From: Ylistrum balloti | Lineage: Eukaryota | Direction: 5' to 3' | Length of the DNA stretch: 64,000 nt | NCBI RefSeq assembly: GCF_031769215.1 | Contig: NW_026782426.1 | Coordinates: 682,001 to 746,000, forward strand | Part shown: piece by piece, positions 62,578 to 64,000 of the stretch | Position numbering within the stretch: position 1 is the first letter of the stretch | How the letters are laid out: every line of letters begins with the position of its first letter | Translations under genes and position numbers: made by a program | The notes under the pieces: generated by a model | What the model was told of the DNA's origin: nothing | The model's input: only the letters and a program-made list of their open reading frames with translations | Database searches by the model: none

Positions 62578-64000
62578 GTGAGTACACTGCTGCTTCGGAA
62601 TCTTCAACACAACAGGACATGGTGTCGTCATGATGAACAATATACAGCAACATGTCACTCACCCACCAGGACAGCTGGACTTAAAGTACAACTCCATTAT
62701 GTGTCTTCTGTGGAATTCAATTTACAGGGATGTTTATCTTCATTGTAAAGTACAGTAATTTTGCAAAATGCGTCAATAATTAAATGTTTTAAAGGATGGA
62801 ATATGATTTCATCTGTGAACCATTTTCGTTTCTTCGGAGATCTTCATAATCTGTATGAACATTGCTACTGACCTCATATCCCAAATATGAAGATCTGACC
62901 TTGACTCTTAACTTTATCCACCTTGACCTTGACCTTACACTTGAAACCTGAGTAGATGTAATGACCTTGTTACTGAGAAGACTTATCTATTATTGATCAA
63001 ACATCCAATCTTCAAAATAAAATCTAGATCTTACAGGGGAACGTTTCACCATTAAGAATGACCCTTAGAGAAGGGCTATAAAAAGCATGGCGAACCTGCA
63101 CCAGACAGCAAAGTCATCTTCTCGATGTGTTTTTTGGGGGGATAAACACTGTAATTGATGAATATTAAATCTAGTCTACAGGTCATTTCAAGGTCACAAA
63201 GGCTGCTATACACTTAAGTACACCGCAAGATCCTAAAATCAATAATCAATTTCTATAATTTAATAATACCTTGATTAAATTCTGATTGTGGTAGCATCAA
63301 TGTCAGGGAAACTCTTTTCATCAATAGTACATTCTCATTCAATTTGCTTCATCATCATCTGAATCAGCAAAACGTTTTGAAGGCACCACTGTCAGCATTA
63401 TGCAATAAATCAGACAAGACACAGAAATAATCTTGTTGATTCTGGAGACATTCTGTCAACTCCTTAGTCATCAAGTAATTCATATCAAATAATTAGATGA
63501 CAATTTTGTCAAAAACCAAAGACCATGTTGAGCTCCAATGCGATCTGCTGAAAACTGACAAAAAATTAAAAGTGAGCAACTTTGACGTCAATTGGTGCAT
63601 TGATATTTACAGAAACAATTTCATCATTCCTTGTAAAAGTTTAACCATACACGTTTTAGCAGATAATATAGAAGATAAATACTGATTTAATAGTGCTGAC
63701 AAATAAGATTAACAGTGAATTCAATCAAAATTTTTTTTTTTTTTTTTCAGTATGTTCAGTTTTAACATAAAATGAAACTGATAGACATGTCTTGACAAGA
63801 AACAAAGCAAAAAATTCAAGTATTCTGTGATAGTGGTTTTACTGAATGGTATATAAATACAGAATTTTGTAAACCTTTGGTATGAAATCAGTCATATGTC
63901 AAAAAACGGAGAAACATTTTCATAAAAGTTTGAAAATATATGCATGTCTATCAACATACCTGTCAAGTGTGAAATTAGAGTTTTTCGTTTATTTCAATGA

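Overview
AT-rich eukaryotic genomic DNA with no prokaryotic gene organisation, CRISPR array, rRNA or intact tRNA. The repeat content (a tRNA-headed V-domain-type SINE, TA-flanked Tc1/mariner-pogo-type MITEs, HINE/pearl-like dispersed repeats) suggests a lophotrochozoan, probably a bivalve mollusc; this is an inference. The window is mostly intronic or intergenic and holds about 20 independent minisatellite arrays (units 18-107 bp). Every ORF longer than 130 aa in the track is an artefact of these arrays. No protein-coding gene could be identified; only low-confidence exon candidates exist, on both strands. Most notable observations: (1) two fragments 40.7 kb apart (6561-6638 and 47274-47345, + strand) whose similarity is conserved at codon level (SxxxN-SPxGGxLTEH...HA); (2) a 40-bp satellite resembling a head-to-tail MITE terminus; (3) two separate arrays sharing one ancestral monomer; (4) higher-order duplications inside three arrays; (5) a one-ended MITE next to a 144-bp duplication. 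Coordinates and counts were read by eye and may be off by a few bases.
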